Assembly (NCBI GenBank): GCA_019894975.1
Contig: JAGXNO010000003.1
Location: 64,001 to 128,000 of the forward strand
Length of the DNA: 64,000 nucleotides
Direction of reading: 5' to 3'
Origin: Promethearchaeota archaeon
Lineage (GTDB): Archaea; Asgardarchaeota; Lokiarchaeia; Sigyniarchaeales; SOKP01
Part shown: positions 10,258 to 21,106 of the stretch, one piece after another
Layout: the number at the start of each line of letters is the position of its first letter
How positions within the stretch are numbered: position 1 is the stretch's first letter
Notes under the pieces: model-generated
The model's database searches: none
Told to the model about the DNA's origin: nothing
What the model saw: only the letters and a program-made list of their open reading frames with translations
Translations under genes and position numbers: made by a program

Positions 10258-11249
10258 ATTTCTAAAAGAATTTTAACAAAATCTCTTTCACCTGGCTTGG
10301 TATACTTCTCAAACACATTTTGGATATCTTTTAAAGAAACCATTTCGGAGATAATTTGATGAGCATCTACCTCATTATTGGTAATAGTATCAATTGCAGT
10401 TAAGATATCCTCACTATCATGCCCTAAACATCCTTTTAAAGTAACTTCTTTAGAATTTATCATAAAGAAAGGAAATGGTATGCTACCCTTATGAATTCCC
10501 TCAAGAACAATAGTTCCTCCTCTTTTTATTAAAAAGATTGAATCTGATAACGTTTCTTGGTTTCCAACACAATCAAAAATGAAAGTTGGTTCTCCCAGAC
10601 TTTTTATTGTCTTCTTTATTTTTGCTCTTCTTGGAGCCACTGCATCAGTGGCCCCCATTTCTATTGCTTTTTTTCTTAGGAATTCTTCTGGTTCAACCAC
10701 TACGATATAATTGGGATCTTTATGAATTTTTAAAGCTTTTAGGATTGTTAATCCCACACTACCTCCTCCAAATATTAAAACTCTTTCCTCAGCTTTTATT
10801 TGAGATAATTTGAATGCCCTATGCGCCAATGCAAAAGTTTCAATTAGAACTGCTTCTTTCATTGTAATCTTTTGTGGAATTTTAAAAACCCATTCTTTTG
10901 GTGCTTTAACAAATTCGGCAAATCCCCCATCTTGAAATGTTCCTAATCCCCTTAAAACACCTTTACTAGGATCAAGTGAAACAGTAAAACAAACGACTTT
11001 TTCTCCTACTTTTAATTCAGAAACATTTTCTCCTATTTCTGCAACTTCACCTGAGATTTCATGCCCCATTACTAAAGGAACTTGATACATTCTGTATTTA
11101 AAATTTGTTATATCTGAACCACAAATTCCGCAATAATATACTTTAACCAAAACATCATCAGGACCAATTATAGGCTTCGGATAATCTTCTCTATAGACAA
11201 TTTTTTGAATGTCTTTAAAAACTGCAGCTTTAATTGTTCTTCTCCTCAA
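10254..11249 (-). CDS. Zn-dependent (MDR) alcohol/sugar dehydrogenase
   Basis: CGICGSD, GHE and GGGSVG motifs; TTG start. Confidence 0.85.
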   Translation of the reverse strand: MRRRTIKAAVFKDIQKIVYREDYPKPIIGPDDVLVKVYYCGICGSDITNFKYRMYQVPLVMGHEISGEVAEIGENVSELKVGEKVVCFTVSLDPSKGVLRGLGTFQDGGFAEFVKAPKEWVFKIPQKITMKEAVLIETFALAHRAFKLSQIKAEERVLIFGGGSVGLTILKALKIHKDPNYIVVVEPEEFLRKKAIEMGATDAVAPRRAKIKKTIKSLGEPTFIFDCVGNQETLSDSIFLIKRGGTIVLEGIHKGSIPFPFFMINSKEVTLKGCLGHDSEDILTAIDTITNNEVDAHQIISEMVSLKDIQNVFEKYTKPGERDFVKILLEI

Positions 11250-11425
11250 ATAACTTATGTATTGATGATGCTTTCAAAAAATATGCAGCACCATATATTA
11301 CTATCTTGAATTGTAAATTGATATTATAATTATGCTAGAATACAATGCTTTTAAGTAAATACGTTGAATATATTTGATCAAACTAATCAATATATAATAA
11401 TTTACAATCTTATAAGGTTTAAACT

Positions 11426-12664
11426 ATGAACAAAAGACTTTATTCACTTGATTTTTTCAGAGGTATTGCCATAATAATGGTCATAATCTTTCATAGGTTC
11501 ATGTATGATTGGCCAGGGGCAGAGTTTTTCTTTACAGATCCAAAGGGATTTCTTAAAATACCTTGGTTTACAGCAATAATGTTCTTTGCTGGTATGGGAG
11601 GTATTTTTTCTATAATTAGTGGGGTGGTTACAGCTTATTCAACTCATAATCGTATAACTTCAGGAAAAGCTAATAAAAAAATGATTTTATATGCTGGTCT
11701 TTTTTCTTTTTTATGGTTAGCACTAGTAGATTATATCAGAAAATTCCTGTTTAGTACTAAGAGCTATTTTGAAGGAGTATTTTATAATGGGTTAATCACA
11801 GGTTCACTTTTAGAAGGAGAATTAGTCATTCCTCAATTGGAATTATTATACTATACGAGCACTCTGATGATAGTCGGACTTTCTGGATTTATAGTTCCTC
11901 TTATAATGATACTCCTGTCGCGTAATGGTGGTTTTGAAAAAGTAAGTCGTAATAAAATTATTCTTGGAACTCTTGCTGGTGCAATTCTAATTGTAACCCC
12001 AATTTTGTCATTTGCATTTCAACCAATCGTAGATGATTTATTTATTAGTGGTAACTATATAGGAGGTTTTTTTTTAGGGTTATTTGTTTCCCCATACTTT
12101 CCAATTTTCCCCATTATCGCTTATGCCCTACTCGGGGGCATATTAGGAATCTCTTTAGCTAGAGACGATAACAAACGTAATCTAACCATTTTCTGGTTGA
12201 CGTTTGGATTTGCCTTGTTAAGTATTGGAAACTACCTTTTATTAACATTCTTAATTCGTTTCGAGGTTTATAATTATAATTTCGTTCGATTTATGCAATT
12301 AGGAGTCTATCTTATGATTATTATTATTTTACTAAGATTAATAGATTTTAAGCCAGAAGATAAACAAGAGAAGATTGTCAAAAAAACAAGTCCTATTATC
12401 ATGTTTGGGAGAGTATCACTTACAATTTTTGTCTTTGAAGCCATTGTTGCCACAATTTTTCATTGGATTCTCGATTTTATTAATCCTAGGTGGAATACAG
12501 AAGCTTATGTAGTATTGATATTTGGTCTTTTCAATCTAGCTTTTTGGTACTTAATAGTATATTTCTGGAAGAAAAAAGACTTTAAAGGTTCAGTTGAATG
12601 GACGGGAGTATATGTTATCAAAAAACTCTCTGGAATTGGGAAAAAAGAACCAGAAAACAATTGA
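11426..12664 (+). CDS. Multi-pass membrane acyltransferase-like protein (DUF1624/HGSNAT-like)
   Basis: N-terminal RLYSLDFFRGIAIIMV, YFPIFP, GRVSLT and GSVEW motifs; about 10 TM segments. Confidence 0.65.
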   Translation: MNKRLYSLDFFRGIAIIMVIIFHRFMYDWPGAEFFFTDPKGFLKIPWFTAIMFFAGMGGIFSIISGVVTAYSTHNRITSGKANKKMILYAGLFSFLWLALVDYIRKFLFSTKSYFEGVFYNGLITGSLLEGELVIPQLELLYYTSTLMIVGLSGFIVPLIMILLSRNGGFEKVSRNKIILGTLAGAILIVTPILSFAFQPIVDDLFISGNYIGGFFLGLFVSPYFPIFPIIAYALLGGILGISLARDDNKRNLTIFWLTFGFALLSIGNYLLLTFLIRFEVYNYNFVRFMQLGVYLMIIIILLRLIDFKPEDKQEKIVKKTSPIIMFGRVSLTIFVFEAIVATIFHWILDFINPRWNTEAYVVLIFGLFNLAFWYLIVYFWKKKDFKGSVEWTGVYVIKKLSGIGKKEPENN

Positions 12665-12753
12665 TTCAAGTAACCCTATCTACTTTTTTTAAATTCTAAA
12701 ATTGAATCATTAACTTTTATATAAAAAAAAATAATTAAAAAATAATTGTAGAA

Positions 12754-13494
12754 TCATTTATTTAATAGCCCACTCATACTTCTTACAATACTCTCTATTT
12801 CATCATCAAAAGTCTTAACCTGATCGAAAAAGATATTATTCACTTGTAGTAGTTGTGAGACAGCATGTTCGGGAGATTGAATTATTTGTTTAGCCATCTT
12901 AATGGTTTCATCTAAAACCTCCCCCTTCTCAACAAGTTTATTTATTATATTTAATCGATATGCTTCTTCTGCGGTAAGGAAAGTCTCCCTTGTGCCCGTA
13001 TTTAAGGTAATTTCAAGAGCTTTACCTCGTCCCACAAGAGTTATATAGGGAAATAAAAGTGGACACGCTCCAAACCTAATTTCTGGGTGACCAAACAGCG
13101 TTCCTTTTGAAGCAATACGGAGATGACAGATGACTGCAAGGTCAAATCCTCCTGCTAGTGCGTATCCATTTATTGCTGCTATTAATAATTTCGGGAACTC
13201 AAATATTTTCTGATGGAAAAGATGATTGGAATCTACAAAATGTTGATAATCTCCCGTTCCTTGAATCACTGCCTGAACCTCATCTCTATCAAATCCTGCA
13301 GTAAAAACTTCTTCACCTCCATAGAGTACAACTGCTTTTACTCTTTTTTCTTCTTTAAGTGAATCTAATGCTTCAATTATTTCAGCTCGCATGGATTCAC
13401 TTAGAGCGTTTTTTTTCTCAGGTCGATTTAACTTAATTATTGCGATTTTACCTTTTTGCTCAACTAATATAAATTGATATTCTTTATTTGCCAA
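12754..13494 (-). CDS. Enoyl-CoA hydratase/isomerase
   Basis: LNRPEKKNAL, FTAGFD, AINGYALAGG and FGHPE motifs. Confidence 0.9.
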   Translation of the reverse strand: MANKEYQFILVEQKGKIAIIKLNRPEKKNALSESMRAEIIEALDSLKEEKRVKAVVLYGGEEVFTAGFDRDEVQAVIQGTGDYQHFVDSNHLFHQKIFEFPKLLIAAINGYALAGGFDLAVICHLRIASKGTLFGHPEIRFGACPLLFPYITLVGRGKALEITLNTGTRETFLTAEEAYRLNIINKLVEKGEVLDETIKMAKQIIQSPEHAVSQLLQVNNIFFDQVKTFDDEIESIVRSMSGLLNK

Positions 13495-13638
13495 ATTTTA
13501 CATCTCATCAAATTTTATTTTAGATTGTTTAAAATCTAGATAAACATACTTAAATTTCTTTAATATAATCCAAAATATTATAAATTAATTTAGGCTTTTA
13601 AATAGTATTTTAAGAGTAAAACATGAGGATATAGCTTA

Positions 13639-14265
13639 ATGTTTTCTATTTGTACTGCTTTTGTTGAAAACGGAAAATTAGAAGAGACATTAAAACAATA
13701 TGCCGACTCAGAAAGAAAATTCACTAAAGAGATTGGTGTTCTTTTTCGAAAATTTTTTCAATGTCAAATTCAACCTCACATTATTTGGTCAATTACAGAA
13801 TGGGAATCTGAAAAAGCACATCATGATGCTGCTCAATCAATTATGGAAATAAGGCGAGATGATCGTTTCGCTGCGATAGCTTTTGGTCCTGAGCCCTATT
13901 TTGAAATATTCTGTAATGAAGAGGAGTCACTTAACTCTGGTAAGTTCTCAGAAAAACTTCAAATAGTAATTGTTATCCATGGTCTTATTAGTGAAAAAGT
14001 TAAAGATAAATATTTAGAAATTAGAAAAGAAAGAATAAGAGAACATAGAGAACAGTTTCATTGGTTAAGAGTTTTTTATAATACTTATAATTCAAATGAG
14101 TTTGTATCATTTTTGGGATTTAATTCTGAAGATTATTTTAATAAGATCAGAAAAATAGATGATTATTTTTTAGAAGAATATTTGTTTACAGGACTACGAA
14201 ATCCTCTTGGAATGTCATATATTGCTAATTATAATCAGTTTATATGTAAACCAATCAAATTTTAG
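13639..14265 (+). CDS. ABM-like (dimeric alpha/beta barrel) protein
   Basis: ITEWESEKAH motif; two similar half-domains. Confidence 0.45.
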   Translation: MFSICTAFVENGKLEETLKQYADSERKFTKEIGVLFRKFFQCQIQPHIIWSITEWESEKAHHDAAQSIMEIRRDDRFAAIAFGPEPYFEIFCNEEESLNSGKFSEKLQIVIVIHGLISEKVKDKYLEIRKERIREHREQFHWLRVFYNTYNSNEFVSFLGFNSEDYFNKIRKIDDYFLEEYLFTGLRNPLGMSYIANYNQFICKPIKF

Positions 14266-14274
14266 GTTAATTCT

Positions 14275-14508
14275 ATGAAACCTCCTATATGTAGAGTATG
14301 TAATAAAGAGTTAGAGGAAAAAGAAGATGGTGGATTAATCTATTTTAAAAAACGCCAATCTGATATAAAGTGGGAAAAAAGAATGGAAGAAATTGGAGGT
14401 GTTGGACATCCACCCTATGCGGAATGGTTCTGTAAAAGGCATTTTAAGAAGGCAAATGAGCTAAAACATTTACCTATTGATAAAGCTTTAGAGCAGTTAT
14501 TGCTTTAA
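14275..14508 (+). CDS. Small putative zinc-binding protein
   Basis: CRVC ... GHPP ... WFCKRH. Confidence 0.55.
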   Translation: MKPPICRVCNKELEEKEDGGLIYFKKRQSDIKWEKRMEEIGGVGHPPYAEWFCKRHFKKANELKHLPIDKALEQLLL

Positions 14509-14931
14509 AGGGCCTAATTCCTTTATTTGATTCGTAAATTCAGTGATTACTTCTGAAAATCTCTTACCTTCAGATGCACTTACCCATTCTAATCGCACTC
14601 GTTTAGGATCTACTCCTAATTGTTTAATTAAAATGTTATGCAGTCTTTCGAATCTCTCTTGTGTATACTCATTCCCTGTTATATAGTGACAATCACCTAT
14701 ATGACAACCGCTTACAAGAATGCCATCAGCACCGTTCTTGAGGGCTTTTAAAACAAATGAAGGATCTACTCTTCCTGAGCACATTACCCTTATAATTCTG
14801 ATATTAGGAGGATACTGAAATCGAGATACGCCCGCTAAATCTGCTCCCGCATAACTGCACCAATTGCAACAGAAAACCAATAGTTTTGGTTCAAATCCTT
14901 CTTTTTTTACACTATTTTTTGATTTTGACAT
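14497..14931 (-). CDS. mvhD: MvhD [2Fe-2S] subunit (Cys form)
   Basis: FCCNWCSYAGAD, RVMCSGRVD, GCHIGDCHY and WVSASEG motifs; ATG 14931 follows a GGTGA SD. Confidence 0.95.
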   Translation of the reverse strand: MSKSKNSVKKEGFEPKLLVFCCNWCSYAGADLAGVSRFQYPPNIRIIRVMCSGRVDPSFVLKALKNGADGILVSGCHIGDCHYITGNEYTQERFERLHNILIKQLGVDPKRVRLEWVSASEGKRFSEVITEFTNQIKELGPLKQ

Positions 14932-14940
14932 GAATATCAC

Positions 14941-17900
14941 CTATAAACCGTTTTTAACTTCCTCCTTTTCTAATAAATAAGAATCAATCATTGTGTTAAT
15001 TTGATCAAAATCATAGTGTTTTACCATAATAGCTCCAACAGGGCATGTAGCGGCGCATGTTCCGCATCCTTTACATACAGCAGCGTTAATGGATGATTTT
15101 GGTACAATAATACTAATATCTTCGAATTCTTTAGTTATTTCTATAAGACTAATAGCTTTATAGGGACATATATCCTCACATTTTCCACATCCGATACATT
15201 TTTCTTCCAAAACTTCAGCAACTAATCCAGAAGTTGTAATTTTATCTGAGCTTAGGAATCTACTTGCTCTACCTGCAGCTCCATTAGCTTGTGAAATTGA
15301 ATCCTGTAAATTTTTTGGCCATTGTGCACACCCACATAAGAATATTCCATCTGTAGCAAAATCTAAAGGTCTTAATTTAACATGTGCTTCTAAAAAGAAT
15401 CCATTCTTATCTAATGGAACTTTCAACATCATAGCTAATTCTTTTAGATTATCGGAAGGAATCATTGGTGTTGAAAGTATTAATAAATCTGTTTCAAATT
15501 CGACAGTATCTTTTAAATTTGTATCATATACTTTTAACTGATATTTTTCAGGACTTCCCTCACTCTTTGTCACCTCAGGAAGCTTATCTAAGTCGTATCT
15601 GAGAAAAATTGCGTCCTTTCGACGTTCACGGTAGTATTCCTCAAATTCTTTCTTAGCCATCTGTAGATCTCTGTAAATTACAACAACTTCTAATTCGGGT
15701 TTCAATTCTTTTAAGATTCTAACATTTTTTAGTGAAGTAGCGCAGCAAATATTAGAACAGTAAGTTATGCCTTCATTCTGACGAGCATTAACACATAATA
15801 TTATTGTTACTCGATTAATTTGGTCTAACCATGAGTTATCCTTATTTTGCAACTTCTGTTCTAATTCTAATTGAGTCATAATATTTTCATTCTTTTCTTG
15901 ATATCCAAAAAGACCTGTTGGTTTGAGTTCTTGTCCTCCGGTAGCGACAATAATGGTTCCAATTTTTACATTGTGGGATTCGTTATTTGAATCTTTAATT
16001 ACTACATCATAATTCCCTACATATCCTTTAATGTCTTCAAATTTAGCATTAAGAAATACTTGAATGTGGTTGTGCTTCTCAATTTTTTCCTTTGTTTCAT
16101 TTAATAATTCTAACGCATTTTTATGAACAGGATATAATACATTAAGAAATCTTAAATTCCCCCCTAATTCACTGTCTTTCTCTACAATAATAGTTTTAAA
16201 TCCCTGATTTGCGGTATTTAAAGCTGCAGTCATCCCAGATATACCTCCCCCAATAACTAATGATGTGTGAGTAATATCAACTTTCTCTTCTTTCTGAGGT
16301 TTCAATAATCTGGATTTAGCAATATGCATTCTGATTAAATCTTTAGATTTCTCTGTAGCAGCTTCTTTTTCCGTCATATGAACCCAGGAACACTGATCTC
16401 TGATATTTACTAGTTCAAATAAATATTTATTTAATCCTGCTTCTTGACAGGTTTCTTGAAATAACGATTCATGAGTTCTTGGGGTACAAGAAGCTACAAT
16501 AAACCTGTTTAAATTGTGTTCAGCAATTAATTCCTTAATTCTAATTTGAGAATCTGAAGAACAGGAATAAAGATTACTTTCACATACTACAACATTTGGA
16601 AGGCCTTTTACATATTCTACAACCCTAGGAACATCTACATAATTTCCTATATTTATCCCACAGTGACAGACCATAACACCGATTCTTGGCTCATCTGTAA
16701 TTTTTATTACTTTTTCAGGAACATCAAACACTTTTTCCTTCATAAGAGTGTATTTAACAGAACTTAGCAAATCTGCTATTTGGGCTGCTACTCCACTGGC
16801 ATCTGCAACTGTTTCAGGAATATCCATTGGTCCCTGACAGAATCCACATAAGTACACTCCCTCTCTTGTAGATTTTAGTTTATCAAAATAAGAAGCTTCT
16901 TGGAAAAAATCATATTTATCCAACCCAATGTCTAAAGCTTTTCCTAATTCTTTAACACCCTTAGATGGAACAAGCGGTGATGCTAACACTACAAGGTTTG
17001 CTCTAAAATCTTTGAATTCCCCCGTTTTAAGATCTTCATATCTTAAAATTAAATCATTAGTTTCAAGATCTTCTTCAATTGTACTTATCTTAGACTGAAA
17101 GTATTTTACCCCATATTCTTCTTGGGCTCTTTGAATAAATTCATAAAAGTTTTTACCGTAAGCTCGTATATCGTGCCGAAATACATAACAATCTGAATTA
17201 TCTGAATGTTCTTGAGTGATAATTGCTTGTTTTGCTGTATAAGTGCAACAAACGCTTGAACAAAAAGGTACATTTTCATGAAGATCTCGAGAACCCGCAC
17301 ACTGGACAAAAGCAATTACTTCAGGTTCCTTACCATCACTTAATCGCTTTACATGACCCTCAAATGGTCCAGATGCACATAAAATCCTTTCATATTCAAG
17401 TGCACTTACAACATTCTCGAATCGATACCCCCATCTAGAGGATAACTCTTCAGCAGGCATTTCATATCCCGTTGCGACTACTACAGCACCAATATTAATT
17501 TCAAATTCTTCAGGTTTCTGTTCAAAGTCTATTGCATCCGCAGTACAAACTTTTTTGCATACTTGACAGACTCCCTTCTTTAAATATAGACACATCTCTG
17601 AATCAATTAAGTAGATAGGAGGTACTGCTTGAGGAAAAGGAATATACACTGATTTTATTTTCCCAATATTCATTTCAAAAGGATTTGGAGCTAAAATTTT
17701 TGGACATTTATTTGCACAATCCCCACATCCCTTACATTTAGTTTCATCAACATATCGAGGTTTTTTCAAAATTTTTGCTGTAAAATCCCCTGGCTGGCCT
17801 TCAAGTTGAAGAACTTCATGATAAGTCATCAATTCAACATTAGGATTGCGAAAGACTTCAACCATTTTGGGAGCAAGGATACATAGTGAACAGTCCAAAG

Positions 17901-18048
17901 TAGGGAAAGTCTTATCTAATTGAGCCATCCTTCCTCCAATCGAAGGAGATTTTTCCACTAAATAGACTTTAAATCCTAGTTCTGTAAGATCAAGAGATAT
18001 CTGAATTCCAGCTATTCCTCCTCCAATTACCAAAACTGAACCTTCCAT
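14941..18048 (-). CDS. hdrA: Large tandem HdrA-like flavoprotein (two FAD modules, multiple Fe-S)
   Basis: Two GGGIxG Rossmann motifs, LDKTFPTLDCSLC, CHCGINI...SCTPRTHE...RDQCSWVH, C-terminal 2x[4Fe-4S]. Confidence 0.93.
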   Translation of the reverse strand: MEGSVLVIGGGIAGIQISLDLTELGFKVYLVEKSPSIGGRMAQLDKTFPTLDCSLCILAPKMVEVFRNPNVELMTYHEVLQLEGQPGDFTAKILKKPRYVDETKCKGCGDCANKCPKILAPNPFEMNIGKIKSVYIPFPQAVPPIYLIDSEMCLYLKKGVCQVCKKVCTADAIDFEQKPEEFEINIGAVVVATGYEMPAEELSSRWGYRFENVVSALEYERILCASGPFEGHVKRLSDGKEPEVIAFVQCAGSRDLHENVPFCSSVCCTYTAKQAIITQEHSDNSDCYVFRHDIRAYGKNFYEFIQRAQEEYGVKYFQSKISTIEEDLETNDLILRYEDLKTGEFKDFRANLVVLASPLVPSKGVKELGKALDIGLDKYDFFQEASYFDKLKSTREGVYLCGFCQGPMDIPETVADASGVAAQIADLLSSVKYTLMKEKVFDVPEKVIKITDEPRIGVMVCHCGINIGNYVDVPRVVEYVKGLPNVVVCESNLYSCSSDSQIRIKELIAEHNLNRFIVASCTPRTHESLFQETCQEAGLNKYLFELVNIRDQCSWVHMTEKEAATEKSKDLIRMHIAKSRLLKPQKEEKVDITHTSLVIGGGISGMTAALNTANQGFKTIIVEKDSELGGNLRFLNVLYPVHKNALELLNETKEKIEKHNHIQVFLNAKFEDIKGYVGNYDVVIKDSNNESHNVKIGTIIVATGGQELKPTGLFGYQEKNENIMTQLELEQKLQNKDNSWLDQINRVTIILCVNARQNEGITYCSNICCATSLKNVRILKELKPELEVVVIYRDLQMAKKEFEEYYRERRKDAIFLRYDLDKLPEVTKSEGSPEKYQLKVYDTNLKDTVEFETDLLILSTPMIPSDNLKELAMMLKVPLDKNGFFLEAHVKLRPLDFATDGIFLCGCAQWPKNLQDSISQANGAAGRASRFLSSDKITTSGLVAEVLEEKCIGCGKCEDICPYKAISLIEITKEFEDISIIVPKSSINAAVCKGCGTCAATCPVGAIMVKHYDFDQINTMIDSYLLEKEEVKNGL

Positions 18049-19328
18049 TATTTTTCTACCTCCACCTTTTCCTTAGAATCCACAATACTTATTAGGTCTA
18101 CTAAAAATTCCGAAAAATCAACTATTTCTATTGAAGAGATATCTTCATAGTCATTTTGTAAACAAGATAAATGAATTTTACATTTTGGGCATGATGTGAC
18201 CATTATATCTCCTGCATCTTTTGCTTCTAAGAGTCGCTTATATCGTAATGCTTTTGAGCGATCATTACAGTTCATCCAAGAGCTCACACCACAGCATAGT
18301 GCTTCAGTCTTATTATGTGCCATTTCATTGAATTTATACCCCAGTTCTTTTAAATGTGAAAATATTTCACGTACATTATCTATAATATTACTCTCCTTAG
18401 GTAGAAACCTACTTAATCTGCATGGATCATGATAAGTGAATGGAATTGCTTGTTCTTGCTCTTTTGGATTCTTAAATTCAATTTTGTTATCTTTCCATTT
18501 CTCATAAACATATTCGATTAAATGTTTCACCACAAATTTTTCATTGAAATCTTCAAATATATCTTGATAGTCTACTTTAAATGTTCGATAACATTCAGCA
18601 CAAGCAGTGACGATTGTTTTAGCTCCAGTTTGTTCTAATCTATGGATGTTTTTCTTTGCTAAATCAATGAAGGCATTAAGTTTTCCTTGTCCCCAATATA
18701 AATCATGCCCACAGCAAATTTCATCTTGAAGAACTGCAATTGGTTCATTTTCAATTTGACAAAGTATTTTTAACGTACTTTCTGCTATTGAGTCTGAGTT
18801 TTCGAACTCAAAATTAAAATATGGTAAACACCCAACATAATATAAGATATTACCTTGATCTGAAATTTTGCATTCCTTTGGAACCCATTCAAGAGATCTC
18901 TCTGGTTTAATATGTGGTTCACTCATGATTTCTGAAATAGTTGTATATACTCCTTTATGGGCTATATACTCATCAGGATTTTGTCCTTTAGAAGTTCTCA
19001 TTTTATACTTTGCCATCCTTACAATATCAGCAAAATTTATTCCTTCAGGACAGTTCTGGAGACATGCATTACATGTAAGACAATCCCATAAAATACCACT
19101 ATCAATAATTTTTTCTTCAAATCCTTCCAAGATCATTTGAATTATTCTACTTGGTTCAAAACTTTGAACTCGACTTAGTTGACATACACCACTACAACGA
19201 ACACATTGGTAACATCTATATAATAATTTTTTTATATCAGGTTCATAAATTTTTTCAAGATAATGTTTATTATTATCGCTAGATTTTTTTGAGTCGTCTA
19301 CTTTCTTAATCTCAGTAATTACATTCAC
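18048..19328 (-). CDS. hdrD: HdrD-like Fe-S oxidoreductase (HdrC-like ferredoxin + two CCG domains)
   Basis: CYQCVRCSGVC, CLTCNACLQNCP, CCG x2, YHDPCRL; TAATG stop/start overlap with hdrA. Confidence 0.85.
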   Translation of the reverse strand: MNVITEIKKVDDSKKSSDNNKHYLEKIYEPDIKKLLYRCYQCVRCSGVCQLSRVQSFEPSRIIQMILEGFEEKIIDSGILWDCLTCNACLQNCPEGINFADIVRMAKYKMRTSKGQNPDEYIAHKGVYTTISEIMSEPHIKPERSLEWVPKECKISDQGNILYYVGCLPYFNFEFENSDSIAESTLKILCQIENEPIAVLQDEICCGHDLYWGQGKLNAFIDLAKKNIHRLEQTGAKTIVTACAECYRTFKVDYQDIFEDFNEKFVVKHLIEYVYEKWKDNKIEFKNPKEQEQAIPFTYHDPCRLSRFLPKESNIIDNVREIFSHLKELGYKFNEMAHNKTEALCCGVSSWMNCNDRSKALRYKRLLEAKDAGDIMVTSCPKCKIHLSCLQNDYEDISSIEIVDFSEFLVDLISIVDSKEKVEVEK

Positions 19329-19566
19329 TTTTTTTAATTAATTTAGAACTTAATAATATGTAACTATAATGATTAGGGAAAAAAGGGAAACAATTTATTT
19401 TTTCTGATTAGTTTTCATAATTCCACTAAGTCTTAATTGAAAAGGAAATAAAAAATGAAAATACCATGTTCTTTTCTATTTCTATATTAGAGTAATTATG
19501 GATTTTCTTCAATTTTATTAAAAATTCAATAATATCTAATAAAAGAATATTTTGGTTGAATATTAT

Positions 19567-21072
19567 ATGAAAACAACAGAAATAATTGAAACTTCGGTTG
19601 GGAACATTAAAGGATATGAAGATGGGGTTCTTAAGGTTTTTAAGGGGATTCCCTATGCAGAACGGCCTATTGGAGAATTGAGATTTAAGCCGCCCGTTCC
19701 ACGAAAAAAATGGTTTGGTGTTTTTGATGCTTTGGATTACAGCCCTATTTGTGTTCAAACATCGGACTTTCCGGGATTAATTTTACCACCTATACCACAA
19801 AGTGAAGCAGATTCTTTAACTCTGAATATCTGGACCCATGGTACTGACAATAAAAAAAGGCCCGTAATGGTAAGAATTCATGGGGGTGGTTTGACAACAG
19901 GAAGTGGGAGATTGCCTAATGGATTTAAATTAGCTCGGAGAGGAGAAGTCGTAGTAGTTACAATCAATTATCGTTTAGGTGCTTTAGGATTTAGTGAAAT
20001 GCAAGGCATTGAAAGTAATATTGGTATACTTGATCAGATAGAAGCCTTGAAATGGATTCAAAAGAATATTGAACTTTTTGGGGGTGATCCAAACTGTGTT
20101 ACGATATTTGGTATCAGTGCGGGAGGTTGGTCTGTTTCAACATTGATGGCAATACCCGAAGCAAAAGGGCTTTTTAATCGAGTGATTGCGCAAAGCGGAG
20201 CAGTGCATCCTTTAAGTTTTCAAACCGAAAAAGGTGTGGATAGAACTAATAGGATACTAAAAACTCTTAAAATTAAGAAGGGAGATATCAAATCCTTACA
20301 AAGAATTACAGCATATGAGTTAGCAAAAACCTATACAAGTATTGCAAATGAGGATGGGTTAGCTCAAATTCCTTGGGTTCTAAATACGCCCCCCTATATA
20401 GATGGAAAATCTATTCCTGAGCATCCACTCAGGATGATAAAAAAGGGAGTTGCGTCCGATATTGATCTAATGGTAGGAAGCACATTAAATGAGTCTGTTT
20501 TATGGCGAATTCTAATAGGAGCATCTGAAAAACTGGATATAGATAAAGTAAAAAATAGAATTGTACAAGCAACAAAATATTTAGGTCTTGATGAAAAAAA
20601 AGGTTTGGAACTATTTGAAGTGTATAAAGGCAAGGGAGATCCTGAAGCAGTATTGAATGCTTTTTTTACTGATCTTGAATTTAGGATCTCTGCAATAAGA
20701 TTAGCGGAAGAACAATCAGTACATAACCAAAATACATACATGTATCTCTTCACTTACCTCCTTAAATTTCAAGGAAAAGAAGTTGGAGCTGTTCATGGTG
20801 GAGATGCAGGATTTATGTATGGAACCCTCGATTATCCAAATATCCTTGGTCAGATTGAAAATTCTGAAGAAGCTCAACTTTTAAGCGAAAAAATGATGGA
20901 CAGCTGGATTGCTTTTGCAAAAACCGGAAATCCTAACCACGATGGAATTGAAGAATGGCAAAAATACGAAAAAAACAATAGAAAAACAATGATGTTAGGA
21001 ATAGAAACAACTTCTGTCGATGACCCATTGGCAAAACAACGTGTAGCCTGGTCCGACATCATGAAAATATAG
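19567..21072 (+). CDS. Type-B carboxylesterase (para-nitrobenzyl esterase-like)
   Basis: FKGIPYA, HGGG oxyanion motif, NYRLG, FGGDP, GISAGG nucleophile, AVHG, WIAFAKTGNP. Confidence 0.9.
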   Translation: MKTTEIIETSVGNIKGYEDGVLKVFKGIPYAERPIGELRFKPPVPRKKWFGVFDALDYSPICVQTSDFPGLILPPIPQSEADSLTLNIWTHGTDNKKRPVMVRIHGGGLTTGSGRLPNGFKLARRGEVVVVTINYRLGALGFSEMQGIESNIGILDQIEALKWIQKNIELFGGDPNCVTIFGISAGGWSVSTLMAIPEAKGLFNRVIAQSGAVHPLSFQTEKGVDRTNRILKTLKIKKGDIKSLQRITAYELAKTYTSIANEDGLAQIPWVLNTPPYIDGKSIPEHPLRMIKKGVASDIDLMVGSTLNESVLWRILIGASEKLDIDKVKNRIVQATKYLGLDEKKGLELFEVYKGKGDPEAVLNAFFTDLEFRISAIRLAEEQSVHNQNTYMYLFTYLLKFQGKEVGAVHGGDAGFMYGTLDYPNILGQIENSEEAQLLSEKMMDSWIAFAKTGNPNHDGIEEWQKYEKNNRKTMMLGIETTSVDDPLAKQRVAWSDIMKI

Positions 21073-21106
21073 AATCTTAGAAATTTTCGAAACATCTTTT
21101 TTTTAT

